From a virus (Duplodnaviria; Caudoviricetes), in the IMG/VR virus record IMGVR_UViG_3300033064_001044, positions 1,428 through 65,427 of that record: 64,000 nt of DNA; one strand, given 5' to 3'. Position numbers and translations under genes: made by a program. Of the stretch, positions 1-9,372 are shown piece after piece; the first letter of the stretch is position 1; the number at the start of each line of letters is the position of its first letter. Below the pieces are notes generated by a model that ran no database searches, was not told the origin of the DNA, and saw only the letters and a program-made list of their open reading frames with translations.

Positions 1-190
1 TACCTAGTTGTTATCAGATACTAACTACACAACAACACATACACACATAACTAACTAACTAAATAACTATTACTAATCACTAACAATTTACCTTGTGTAA
101 TCACATACTAAATACATAGTGATAACAACTATCTATCTCTCTCTATTACTCTCTCTATCTATTACTAATAACAATCATTGTTTATTACTA

Positions 191-207
191 AAGGGGCTTC
201 GCCCCTT
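191..207. terminator. GC-rich hairpin, terminator-like
   Basis: AAGGGGC-TTC-GCCCCTT stem-loop; no long U tract on +. Confidence 0.4.
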
Positions 208-575
208 AGACCCCACCCAATAAACAATAAGTAAAGTAATACAGTTATTAGTTGTTGTAAGTAATCGTCTAAAGAAGTTATGTATTACTTATTTATTTGA
301 TGTTTCATCTTCTGGAACTGTGAGTGATGATGTTATTTATTTATTAGTAAATAAACTTCTATAGATAAATAAACAACTATTTATTTTTATTTATTGTCCA
401 AATCTTTGGCTCTACGGGTTCTCGGATTTATTGCGGTGCGACTAGGTATTCCGACACCCAATCCACGCTCATAACACGCTTGATTTACCCCAAGTTGATA
501 ATTGACTTCAGGTCATGCCATACTTAGCCCACGCAAGTGCCCCTCCTGAAAATGGACTCGGTGAGAAAAAGTAGA

Positions 576-650
576 AAGTTATTTCTATTTTTATTTATAC
601 CAACGACATTGTGTGTCGTGTAAATAAAATAAATAAAATAAAAATAACTT
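576..650. repeat. Long imperfect inverted repeat with inner hairpin
   Basis: AAGTTATTTCTATTTTTATTTATAC ... GTAAATAAAATAAATAAAATAAAAATAACTT flanking ACGACA-ttgtg-TGTCGT. Confidence 0.55.
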
Positions 651-1063
651 CTCCGTAAATAAATTAGTTGTTACTAATAAAAAGTAACGCATAACTTCTT
701 TATGAATACAAACTACTTCCAATGACTAACTGTTTGGCAAACACCTTTGGCTCTTGCGTAGTGGTCAGACACTTTCTCTGATAGTAGTTGCTACTTACTT
801 CAAGTAAAAATAATCTCCGATTAGTTTGTAAAACTGTTCGCCTGTGTATGCGACAACTTACTAAACAAACTTCTTTAGAGATTATGCGTTCAAGGTTTAT
901 TACTTCCGACCTTGTTGTAAGTAGATGTTATTCAACTATTACTAATTTACTTCGCGTCAATAATAAATACGCACTATCACACTCTGTATCACCAACCTAC
1001 AGAGTGTGGTGGTGTGTAGTTATCTCTACACAAACTCAATCCGCTAACGAAAGGTAATACGAC

Positions 1064-1306
1064 ATGGCTACAACAACACAACGCAAAACAAAAGCAGAAC
1101 GCAATTACGAAAACAATACACGCGACATTGAAAACACAATCGCTGTGTTTCGTAAAACAGATAATGTTGAACGACTTGTTCATCTCCTTGCTATGGAACT
1201 TGAACCAAATCAGTTTCGTATGTTGTTTGCTACAGAGTTTGCTTGCGTTCCACTAACTGTTGTTTATGTTGATGAGAACGGCAATCGCATTGAGGAGAAT
1301 AACTAA
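1064..1306 (+). CDS. hypothetical early protein
   Basis: 80 aa ORF with GAAAGG RBS; first gene of a tightly coupled + strand operon. Confidence 0.8.
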   Translation: MATTTQRKTKAERNYENNTRDIENTIAVFRKTDNVERLVHLLAMELEPNQFRMLFATEFACVPLTVVYVDENGNRIEENN

Positions 1307-1407
1307 TGTCTAAAGAAGTTACTTTCAATAATTGTTCTGTATGTGGTCGTTTAGTTATCAACGACTATTGCTCACACCCAACTACAACAGATAAGGAAAA
1401 CAAATAG
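1306..1407 (+). CDS. small Cys/His protein (33 aa, not in ORF track)
   Basis: MSKEVTFNNCSVCGRLVINDYCSH...; TAATG overlap with the upstream stop, GAGGAG RBS. Confidence 0.55.
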   Translation: MSKEVTFNNCSVCGRLVINDYCSHPTTTDKENK

Positions 1408-1526
1408 TGTCTATAACAATTCGTGTTGATGATGAAATAGAGATACTCGTTGATGATACAAACGCACACTTCACACAATTAGTAACACGCACTAAACAAC
1501 TACAACAACTAATCGGAGGTAAGTAA
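1407..1526 (+). CDS. small hypothetical protein (39 aa, not in ORF track)
   Basis: GTG start overlapping TAG, AAGGA RBS, fills the gap to the next gene. Confidence 0.55.
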   Translation: MSITIRVDDEIEILVDDTNAHFTQLVTRTKQLQQLIGGK

Positions 1527-1528
1527 TT

Positions 1529-1795
1529 ATGGGTAGTAACTTCGCAAATGATTTAGCAAGCGGTGAGTTTGTAACTTCTTTAGAACAACAAATCTCAATT
1601 CACTTCTCTGCTAATTGTTATCCACCTGTTCCACAATTCATGGTTGATGTTGCTGTAAAAGCAATTCAATTAGTAAATGATGATGAAGGCGAAACACTTA
1701 TTCAATTACCTCCCCATGTTTCGTTCCGTAATGAAAAAGAAGTATCCGCTTACAACTGTATTGACCAATTACGATTAGAAAGTTGGACTAACTAA
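1529..1795 (+). CDS. hypothetical protein
   Basis: 88 aa ORF, GGAGGT RBS. Confidence 0.8.
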   Translation: MGSNFANDLASGEFVTSLEQQISIHFSANCYPPVPQFMVDVAVKAIQLVNDDEGETLIQLPPHVSFRNEKEVSAYNCIDQLRLESWTN

Positions 1796-1799
1796 TCTC

Positions 1800-2069
1800 A
1801 TGAGTAAAACATACAAAGATAAAAAGTATAAGTATCTAACTTCTTTAGAACAATCAACACACTTGCGAACAAAGTGTGTAGAAACTAATTGCGAGCATTG
1901 TTACGCAATTCCAAAAACAAATCGTAGTAAGCGAGAGCGTGAAGCACTTGCTTATGAACTATCCGCTTACAACTTACTAACAGCAACAGACGCACTACAA
2001 GAAACACTAGATGTGTTCGGGGTAGAAAAAAACAATCCGCTAACAACAACAACGAAAGAGGCTAACTAA
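1800..2069 (+). CDS. hypothetical protein with CxxxxCxxC cluster
   Basis: 89 aa ORF in the operon. Confidence 0.65.
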   Translation: MSKTYKDKKYKYLTSLEQSTHLRTKCVETNCEHCYAIPKTNRSKREREALAYELSAYNLLTATDALQETLDVFGVEKNNPLTTTTKEAN

Positions 2070-2071
2070 CT

Positions 2072-3454
2072 ATGTATTCAATCCTTATTACTTCACAAAC
2101 AAATCAAGTATCAACACAACGACAGAACTTAGTTGTCGCACTATCAAGTGATGATGTTCGTGTATGGACACGCACAACAAATGGTGGTCGCGGTGAGAGC
2201 AACGCATGGTCAGATACAACATGGCTTGATTTACAAGCAACACAGTTTGCTAATGAAGCAATCGTTGGCGAAATACTTTCGTCACCACTAAGTCCTATTG
2301 ACGAACTAGCACTAGAGAACAATGACCGACCAACAATTCTTATTCAGAAACTAACAAAGCAATTCGGTTTGCGACACAAGACGATTACTAATCGTTTGTT
2401 AGGTGACGCAATTAGTGAAGTGGAGAGTTTGATTACTACAGACCCAAACAAATTATCAAAGTATCGTAGTGACGGCAGAAGTGATAAGTCTGCTATTACT
2501 AACAGCACACCAACACCAACACAAATGCCAATAACTATTGTTCGCACACCTGTTGTTACACCACTAGCAAATGTAATTGCTACAGAAGTTACAGGCGATT
2601 ATGTTGCTCTAATTCCAAAACCTGAAAGTGTTGCTGGTTATGTAACACGCAACTTTGCTGATGTAAATGAAGTAACTATTTACGATTACGCAATCACTCA
2701 CAAGAAAAATGTTGCTATAGAAGGTGAAGCAGGAACAGGTAAAACAACTTCTGCTAAACACTATGCGTTTATTCGCAACCTTCCTTTCTATTCTTTCTCA
2801 TCATCAGTTGGTGCTGAATACTCACAACTATTCGGCAAAGTTATTATTAGTGATGAAGGCAAACCAACATGGCAAGACGGAGTTATTACGCAGATGTGGA
2901 AAACAGGTGGTGTATTAGTTATTGACGAAGGTAACTTCTTACCTCCTAAAATTGCTTCATCACTTCACAATGCGTTTGACGATAATCGTATTCTTACTTT
3001 GCTTGATAAGAAGGGCGAGATTATTACAGCACACCCTAATCTCCTTGTAATTCTTTCTTACAACAACGGCTATCGCGGAACTAATCGCATGAACGAAGCG
3101 TTCCTTGACCGCTTTACTTTCAAGTTACAGTTTGAATACGACATAAACATTGAAAAGAAGTTTATTCCTTCTAAAACTTTGTTGGAGTTGTTTGCTTCAA
3201 TGCGAGCAGACGCATTACAAGGTTTGTATGAGACACCACTATCAACAAGACTTCTAAAGAACTTTGTTGAGTTGTGTGGTCTTGGTTATGAGTTTGCTGT
3301 TCAGAACTTACTCAATAACTTTGCTGATGATGAGCGTGGCTCTGTTGCTTTGTTGTTAGAAGCAAAGCGTTACAACATTATGTCTGAACTTGGATTTGCT
3401 GTTGAGAACATTGTTGTTGAACAACAAGATGAAGCAGAACTTCTAAATGCGTAA
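2072..3454 (+). CDS. MoxR/CbbQ-NirQ-NorQ (CobS-like) AAA+ ATPase with N-terminal extension
   Basis: Walker A GEAGTGKT, Walker B LVIDEGN, NxGYRGT and NEAFLDRF motifs, STR sensor-2; adjacent VWA gene. Confidence 0.9.
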   Translation: MYSILITSQTNQVSTQRQNLVVALSSDDVRVWTRTTNGGRGESNAWSDTTWLDLQATQFANEAIVGEILSSPLSPIDELALENNDRPTILIQKLTKQFGLRHKTITNRLLGDAISEVESLITTDPNKLSKYRSDGRSDKSAITNSTPTPTQMPITIVRTPVVTPLANVIATEVTGDYVALIPKPESVAGYVTRNFADVNEVTIYDYAITHKKNVAIEGEAGTGKTTSAKHYAFIRNLPFYSFSSSVGAEYSQLFGKVIISDEGKPTWQDGVITQMWKTGGVLVIDEGNFLPPKIASSLHNAFDDNRILTLLDKKGEIITAHPNLLVILSYNNGYRGTNRMNEAFLDRFTFKLQFEYDINIEKKFIPSKTLLELFASMRADALQGLYETPLSTRLLKNFVELCGLGYEFAVQNLLNNFADDERGSVALLLEAKRYNIMSELGFAVENIVVEQQDEAELLNA

Positions 3455-3504
3455 GCACTTATTCGGGATAGAAAAAAACAATCCGCTACTACGAAAGGTA
3501 ACAA

Positions 3505-5514
3505 ATGACTAGCGTTATGCCCAATGTATTACACGAACAAACTTCTATAGAAACTGAATTAGCAAACAGAAAGCGTGACCGCTTACAACGATTAGCACAG
3601 GTGTTTAGTCGTGCTAACTCTGTTCTTACTTCACGACCAATCGCTGTTCATGTTGTAAGTGAGCCACACAAGAACGCACCTGCTTGGTCTAGTGCTAGTG
3701 ATGTGTGGTTCAACTTAGACAAAGTGCGTGATGAGTTTGACGCACAATCTTTGTTATCACTACAGGGTTTGAACTTCCATGAGTTATCTCATGTTCGTTA
3801 CACACCACGCAACGGCTCGGAGATTTGTCGTTGGGTTATTGAGAACGATAAGTGGCAAGCGTTCAATGCGTTAGAGGACATGAGAATTGAGGGCTTGTTA
3901 GTTTCTCGCTTCCCTTCAATCGCTAACTGGCTTACCGCAACTGTTCTTGATTACTTAGTAAGAGAACCCGAAGGACTAGGAACTTTGTTCGCACTTGTTC
4001 GTGGTCGTAGATACTTACCTGTTGAGTTACGCAAAATCGCAAGAGAAAACTATTTGCGACAAGAGGACATAGATGAGTTGTGTGATGTTGTAGATAGTTA
4101 CCGCACTTTGTTATTCCCTGAGGATACAGAAGTTGCTAAAGAACTTATTGCTCGTTACCACGACTTGTTACAGAACTTACCAATCATTGAACAACCAACT
4201 GGAAGTGGAACTGGTAAAGGTGATGATGAGGGAACTGTAATTGTTCAAGTGCGTATTCACGACCCTCATGGTCACGCAACACGACCAACACAAGGTGTTG
4301 AGTCAAGCAACTCACGACCTGCTTCTAAAGAGGAACAGCGTCAAGACAGAGATAATCTAAAGAAGCAAGACAAACAAGATGAAGCAGAAGTATCTAATAA
4401 AAAACCTGATGTTGTTATAGATGTTCATGTTGATAACACACCACAGGACACAACAGATACAACTTCTAATCAACCTTCTAAAGAGAAGTCTGATACACCT
4501 GATGTTGCTGATAACTTTGATGATGTTGATGTTGATGTTGATGATTATGACTTTGATGATTACAACGACACACAACCAACACCACCAAAAGATAATGGCA
4601 ACTCATGGGGAACTGGTAGTGAAGGTGACGACAACAAGCCTGACGCTATCAACGAACAGATAACTGATTTGCTTGATGAAATTGTTGATGAACTTTCTAA
4701 AGAACTTGACCGACTATCTATTCAGGTCAATGGTTCTCCATTGTTAGAAGGCAACAAAACAAAAACACCACAGCAAATTGACTACACACCAAAACCTGTT
4801 CCACAAGATTTGTTCTTAGTTTCTAAAGCGTTTGCTAGAGAACTAGAACGCTTGCGAGCAAAGCATGACCCTGCTTGGGATAAGTTTGTTGATAGTGGTC
4901 GCTTCAATGTAAATCGTTATCTCAATGGTGGTGAGTTTGATACTTTGTTTGATGAGTGGTCAAGTGGTCGTGATGATGTAACTTCTATAGAAGCCGTAAT
5001 CTGTTTAGATTATTCAGGTTCTATGGAAGGCGATAACGCGACTTCTGCTTACCAATCTATGTGGGCAATCAAGAAGGCACTAGAACAAGTCAATGCTCGC
5101 ACAACAGTTGTGTTGTTTGACGATAGAAGTCCAAGACTTCTTTATGGTGCTGACGACAAAGCAGGAACAGTAATTCGTGACGCTGGAACTGCTTATGGAA
5201 CTGACCCTACTGACGCACTTCTTTATTCTCAAAATGTATTAGCAACAACTGAACAGCCAATCCGTTTGTTATTTATGATTACTGACGGGATTTGGCAAAG
5301 CAAAGTTGCGGAGGAAAGTGTTAGAGAGATGAAGCGAGCAGGTGTTGTAACCTGCCAAGCACTTATCGCTAACTACGAATTACCTAAAGAGTATCTAAAC
5401 GAGAACCGACATGAGTTTGAGTTAGTGTCTCATGTTCGTAGTGCTAAAGATGTTCTCGCTTTAGGTAAGGACTTAGTGCGACTATCTATCGCACGACAGT
5501 TAGTTACTCACTAA
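3505..5514 (+). CDS. CobT-like VWA protein: N-terminal HExxH domain, acidic linker, C-terminal VWA/MIDAS
   Basis: FHELSH and NALEDMRIE; D/T/P-rich linker; CLDYSGSM MIDAS, GT and ITDG motifs. Confidence 0.88.
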   Translation: MTSVMPNVLHEQTSIETELANRKRDRLQRLAQVFSRANSVLTSRPIAVHVVSEPHKNAPAWSSASDVWFNLDKVRDEFDAQSLLSLQGLNFHELSHVRYTPRNGSEICRWVIENDKWQAFNALEDMRIEGLLVSRFPSIANWLTATVLDYLVREPEGLGTLFALVRGRRYLPVELRKIARENYLRQEDIDELCDVVDSYRTLLFPEDTEVAKELIARYHDLLQNLPIIEQPTGSGTGKGDDEGTVIVQVRIHDPHGHATRPTQGVESSNSRPASKEEQRQDRDNLKKQDKQDEAEVSNKKPDVVIDVHVDNTPQDTTDTTSNQPSKEKSDTPDVADNFDDVDVDVDDYDFDDYNDTQPTPPKDNGNSWGTGSEGDDNKPDAINEQITDLLDEIVDELSKELDRLSIQVNGSPLLEGNKTKTPQQIDYTPKPVPQDLFLVSKAFARELERLRAKHDPAWDKFVDSGRFNVNRYLNGGEFDTLFDEWSSGRDDVTSIEAVICLDYSGSMEGDNATSAYQSMWAIKKALEQVNARTTVVLFDDRSPRLLYGADDKAGTVIRDAGTAYGTDPTDALLYSQNVLATTEQPIRLLFMITDGIWQSKVAEESVREMKRAGVVTCQALIANYELPKEYLNENRHEFELVSHVRSAKDVLALGKDLVRLSIARQLVTH

Positions 5515-5572
5515 TGATTACCTTCGGGATAGAAAAAACAACAACCAACCTTCTAAAGAAAAGAGGCAACAA

Positions 5573-6163
5573 ATGAAACTATCAGAACTAAAAGTCGGAA
5601 ATGTTTATGGAATTGTTCCTTCATGGGGTTACAACAATTCAAGTGCTAGAAAGACAGCAACAGTAAAAGAAAATGATGTTGAGAAAGCAACAATTATTTC
5701 TCTTGATAAGTATGAGTATCAGGCTTCACAAAGATACCAAGACCAAACTAAGTTTGTGTTAGCAAAACAAGGTGATAGGTCTGTTGGTGTAGTTGTAAAA
5801 GCGGTAGATAAAAATGGTAATGACTTCTACTGGACAGCACGACTAGCAGACATTGTTGAGGAGTGGTCTAAGTTAGAACCAATTTGGGCAGACAAAAACA
5901 AACTGGAACAAGAACAACAACTCATTGAGGAAGCAAAACAAGCAAAAGCAAAAGCAATTAGACGACAAGCAGAGGAGTATGTAAATCGCGCTAATGTATC
6001 TATTCCAAAATCTGTAACAGATTTAGTTGGTAAGCGTTGCGGTAATGTAACTATTCATACAACAGGTTATGGAGAGGACACGACAGCCGTAGCAACACTT
6101 TCGTTATCAGACTTGGAAACTCTTATTGAACTCGCTTATGACGGAAAGGAACAGGTGGCGTAA
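5573..6163 (+). CDS. hypothetical protein
   Basis: 196 aa ORF, AAGAGG RBS. Confidence 0.8.
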   Translation: MKLSELKVGNVYGIVPSWGYNNSSARKTATVKENDVEKATIISLDKYEYQASQRYQDQTKFVLAKQGDRSVGVVVKAVDKNGNDFYWTARLADIVEEWSKLEPIWADKNKLEQEQQLIEEAKQAKAKAIRRQAEEYVNRANVSIPKSVTDLVGKRCGNVTIHTTGYGEDTTAVATLSLSDLETLIELAYDGKEQVA

Positions 6164-6336
6164 TGAAACAATACACAATCACAATTTCAGATGAGCAATA
6201 CTCGTTACTAATCAAAGCACTTGGTCGGCATAAGTCATGGCTCAATGACGGAGGGTTCTTTCGCTCTGCTCATAGTGCTAGTGACTTACTTGCTCACATA
6301 AAAAACAATGTAAAAGAGGAGGCGGTGTCTTTATGA
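6163..6336 (+). CDS. small hypothetical protein (57 aa, not in ORF track)
   Basis: MKQYTITISDEQYSLLIKALGRH...; overlaps the upstream stop (TAATG) and the downstream start (ATGA). Confidence 0.7.
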   Translation: MKQYTITISDEQYSLLIKALGRHKSWLNDGGFFRSAHSASDLLAHIKNNVKEEAVSL

Positions 6337-6629
6337 AACTTCTAAATAAGTTACGCAAACAAAAAACAAAAAAGAACTTCTTAGCAAACATAGAGGAATA
6401 CTTGCTAAAGAAGGACATAGTAGAAACTTGTGTATCTGCTTTGTCCTTCACCAAACCTGAACTAGAGGAGGAAGTTGTAGAACACTTATTCCTAACTTCT
6501 TTAGTCGCGTTTGTTCCTGTAGAAATCTTAGAAGGTATCAGAGATGAACTAACTAATGACGCAGATAAAAAAGTAAAAGAAGTTGTAGGTATGTATGAGT
6601 CTTTCAACATGAGGAGTAACCATGAATAA
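6333..6629 (+). CDS. hypothetical protein
   Basis: 98 aa, GAGGAGG RBS. Confidence 0.75.
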   Translation: MKLLNKLRKQKTKKNFLANIEEYLLKKDIVETCVSALSFTKPELEEEVVEHLFLTSLVAFVPVEILEGIRDELTNDADKKVKEVVGMYESFNMRSNHE

Positions 6630-6807
6630 TCTAACTCGCAGAGGTTGGGTAGTCCTAGTAATTATTCCTTCACTATTACTAGGACTACTTATTGCTTATG
6701 TAACAAGAGATGTTTGTTATGTAGGAACTGATAAGTCGTATGCCAATGCTATTGGCTATGGCTCATGTCTAAAGAACATTGACGAAGTAATCAAACAAGG
6801 GAGATAA
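6622..6807 (+). CDS. small membrane protein
   Basis: LTRRG followed by a hydrophobic helix; GAGGAG RBS. Confidence 0.75.
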   Translation: MNNLTRRGWVVLVIIPSLLLGLLIAYVTRDVCYVGTDKSYANAIGYGSCLKNIDEVIKQGR

Positions 6808-6809
6808 CT

Positions 6810-7154
6810 ATGTATGAAGGTTATGAAAAACCAAAAGAAAGATGTGTAATTGCTACACACAGTAAAGGTAGTAAGGCTGTTCGTATTAGTTATACAGACT
6901 ATACATACGCTGTTATAGAAGGTGGCTCTGATACTTACAACGGACAAGCATGGGCAACCTTTCATAGACGAGAGGACTTAGCAATTAGAAAGCAAAGGGC
7001 TATGTCTAAGAACTACCCACAGTATTCCTTTGAGGTTGTGGCTACACAAGATGTAAGAAGTAGTGAAGGTCGCAGACTAAAGAGACTTCTAAAACTAGAA
7101 AAGATACAACGAGACATAAACACAGTAACAGAAACCGAAATCGTTTCGGGATAG
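6810..7154 (+). CDS. hypothetical protein
   Basis: 114 aa, GGGAG RBS. Confidence 0.75.
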   Translation: MYEGYEKPKERCVIATHSKGSKAVRISYTDYTYAVIEGGSDTYNGQAWATFHRREDLAIRKQRAMSKNYPQYSFEVVATQDVRSSEGRRLKRLLKLEKIQRDINTVTETEIVSG

Positions 7155-7183
7155 AAAATCCGCTAAGAGAAAGAGGGAACACC

Positions 7184-7864
7184 ATGACCACCCAAACAAA
7201 ACATAAGCAAGCAGGTTCTAAAGCAGGTAATCAGTATGGAACTTACAAGGTTCGCACAATTACAACAGCACAACAGAACTTCCTAAAGAAGTTACTGGAA
7301 CAAAAGAAACACGACATAGATGTATCCGCTATCAACTTTGATGAAGTCAATGTTCAATGGGGAACAGAACTCATTGAGACACTTATCAAGGCGGAGGATA
7401 AATACGAACGCCTAGCAAGTGAGCGACAAGTAGAGTATGTAAAGTCTTTAGCAAACAATCGTATTGGCGGAGATGTCGTGCTTCAATCGCTAAATGATAA
7501 TTCAACTGCTAAAGAAGTTTCTGTATGGATTGAGCAACTACAAAACGCACCATACGCAAAGACAATTACAATCGCAGAAACAGGTGCGTATCGTTACAAC
7601 GGAATTGTTTATTCTGTTCGCAAAGGTCGGCAGAGTGGCAACTGGCAAGTGTTCTCAATCAACCCTGAAACAAACAAATGGGAATACAACAGAACCGCAT
7701 ACAAGTATCTGTATGAACTAAAAGATACTGACCGCCTAACTCTCAATGAAGCAATAGAAGCAAGTGGGCAGACAGGCTCTTGCGTTCATTGTGGGCTAAC
7801 ACTTACAGCATTGAAGTCTGTTGCTGGTGGCATGGGTTCTACCTGCGCTAAGAGGTATCACTAA
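7184..7864 (+). CDS. protein with C-terminal DUF6011-like Zn ribbon
   Basis: CVHCGLTLT..SVAGGMGSTCAKR; two internal (T/S)xxQxx(F/Y) repeats. Confidence 0.75.
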   Translation: MTTQTKHKQAGSKAGNQYGTYKVRTITTAQQNFLKKLLEQKKHDIDVSAINFDEVNVQWGTELIETLIKAEDKYERLASERQVEYVKSLANNRIGGDVVLQSLNDNSTAKEVSVWIEQLQNAPYAKTITIAETGAYRYNGIVYSVRKGRQSGNWQVFSINPETNKWEYNRTAYKYLYELKDTDRLTLNEAIEASGQTGSCVHCGLTLTALKSVAGGMGSTCAKRYH

Positions 7865-8163
7865 TGCCAACTGCTAAAGAACTTTCAAAGCAACTAAAAG
7901 AGTGGTATCCAAAAGGTGATGAACAAGTAGCACTTATCGCAGGGCTATTAGATAAGAGCGAAATCTATGATGTTATTTACAACTCTTATGATGATGTTGA
8001 GGACTACGAAGTTACTGATGAGATGTTTCAAGATGTTGTAAGTAAAGTCGCAAACTGCGATAACGAACTCAATGCCCTTTGGGAAGTTATCAAAGATGTT
8101 ATTACTGGTGAATACGAGAAGCGTATTCACTTAGAAACCGATAACGAACTATGGGAGGCGTAA
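7864..8163 (+). CDS. acidic hypothetical protein with C-terminal DxxLW tag
   Basis: 99 aa ending LETDNELWEA. Confidence 0.8.
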   Translation: MPTAKELSKQLKEWYPKGDEQVALIAGLLDKSEIYDVIYNSYDDVEDYEVTDEMFQDVVSKVANCDNELNALWEVIKDVITGEYEKRIHLETDNELWEA

Positions 8164-8663
8164 TGAATAACTTTGATAACGAAGCAGATTGGTTGTGGGA
8201 TTACAAAAACGGATTTCGTATTCCTTCACAGTTTGGTTTCGGGATAGAAATTACACCAACACCCGATAAGCAAGACAGTAATTGGTATTCAGGTGAAGTA
8301 GCAACTCTTACCAATAAAGAACTAAATCACACAATAAGTATCTGTGCGGTAGGTGAGATTATGATTATTTACAGACCTGATACTTCTAAAGACGAATACG
8401 AAACATTTTATTCTCTAAATGATTTACCGAAAGAACAATTCGTCAATGACGCTTCTGTTCAAAGAGCGTTAGAGATTGAACGCAAATTAGATTACACACA
8501 CAACAACTGGTATGAGTGCTTTGATGAACTAACACAAGAGTTTGGTGATTGCGTTCATCACGAAATACAAGAAGCACTTGATTGTGCCGTTTCACAACTA
8601 TGCCAACACCGCTTGATTGAGTCTGTATTAGACCAAACCGATAAAGGACTATGGGAGGAGTAA
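8163..8663 (+). CDS. acidic hypothetical protein with C-terminal DxxLW tag
   Basis: Start moved to the TAATG overlap after a GGAGG RBS; ends LDQTDKGLWEE. Confidence 0.8.
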   Translation: MNNFDNEADWLWDYKNGFRIPSQFGFGIEITPTPDKQDSNWYSGEVATLTNKELNHTISICAVGEIMIIYRPDTSKDEYETFYSLNDLPKEQFVNDASVQRALEIERKLDYTHNNWYECFDELTQEFGDCVHHEIQEALDCAVSQLCQHRLIESVLDQTDKGLWEE

Positions 8664-8666
8664 CTT

Positions 8667-9002
8667 ATGACTACAGTAAAAAACATGATAAAAAATCTAA
8701 AGGAGTATGACGAGAACGAACACATACTGGTTCTTTATTGGAGTAAAGAACTTGGGTATCAGTTTGTAGAACACCTGTTACAAGATTTGAAACATGAACA
8801 CAAACTAAGTGATGAACAAATGACTAAGTTATTTGATGAAACTTGGGAGTATGTAACAGACATGGAGTATGAAACACCTGATGTTGGAGACGCTCTAATA
8901 AGTAATCTAAGAGAAGGTTTAGAGGAAAGCATTACAGAACTTCTAAAAGAAGTTGTGGATAAAGAACTAGAAATTGTTGATAAAACACTATGGGAGGAGT
9001 AA
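8667..9002 (+). CDS. acidic hypothetical protein with C-terminal DxxLW tag
   Basis: 111 aa ending LEIVDKTLWEE; N-terminus loosely similar to 7864..8163. Confidence 0.8.
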   Translation: MTTVKNMIKNLKEYDENEHILVLYWSKELGYQFVEHLLQDLKHEHKLSDEQMTKLFDETWEYVTDMEYETPDVGDALISNLREGLEESITELLKEVVDKELEIVDKTLWEE

Positions 9003-9006
9003 CACT

Positions 9007-9372
9007 ATGAAATACGCACACATGATTATCGGAGTTCCTGATGAGCAAGACCCTGAACAAGTTGCTTTAGAAATCTTGGCAGACTTCTCGGAGAACAACT
9101 ACGACAGCAATCCTGAACAACTGGAACAAATCTTTGCTCGCATTGTTGGAGTCAATTCAGACAATGATGTTCTTTACATAGGACAAGACGGCAACTACGG
9201 AGACGCTAGAGATTTATGTCTATTAGACACTTCTTTATGGTCTAACGCTGATGAGGAAGCCTTCTCTGAAATCGCAGAGAACGATAGCGAGTTAGCAAGT
9301 TTCGCTTCACAATTCAATGGCGACCCCTCTCTTACCCCTGCTAGATACTTATTAGGAGACACACATGAGTGA
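9007..9372 (+). CDS. acidic hypothetical protein
   Basis: Start moved to the ATG after the GGAGGAG RBS. Confidence 0.75.
   Translation: MKYAHMIIGVPDEQDPEQVALEILADFSENNYDSNPEQLEQIFARIVGVNSDNDVLYIGQDGNYGDARDLCLLDTSLWSNADEEAFSEIAENDSELASFASQFNGDPSLTPARYLLGDTHE

Larger units (their letters stand above)
1..1060. other. AT-rich non-coding left region with low-complexity tracts and inverted repeats; possible genome end/terminal repeat or origin
   Basis: No convincing ORF before 1064; CTAA/CA/CT tracts at 20-180; TTTATTT/AAATAAA tracts at 290-400 and 575-650. Confidence 0.6.

Noticed and set aside
788-1057. 89-aa + strand ORF in the track
   Set aside because: TTG start without RBS and atypical composition; more likely part of the non-coding leader.
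4500-4570. GATGTT/GAT tandem repeat
   Set aside because: Encodes the acidic DVDVDVDD linker of the VWA protein; ordinary low complexity.
2072-5514. Cobalamin biosynthesis auxiliary genes (cobS/cobT) supporting NrdJ
   Set aside because: No cobN or other cob genes are present. The early position and HExxH/VWA layout fit the generic phage MoxR-VWA type.
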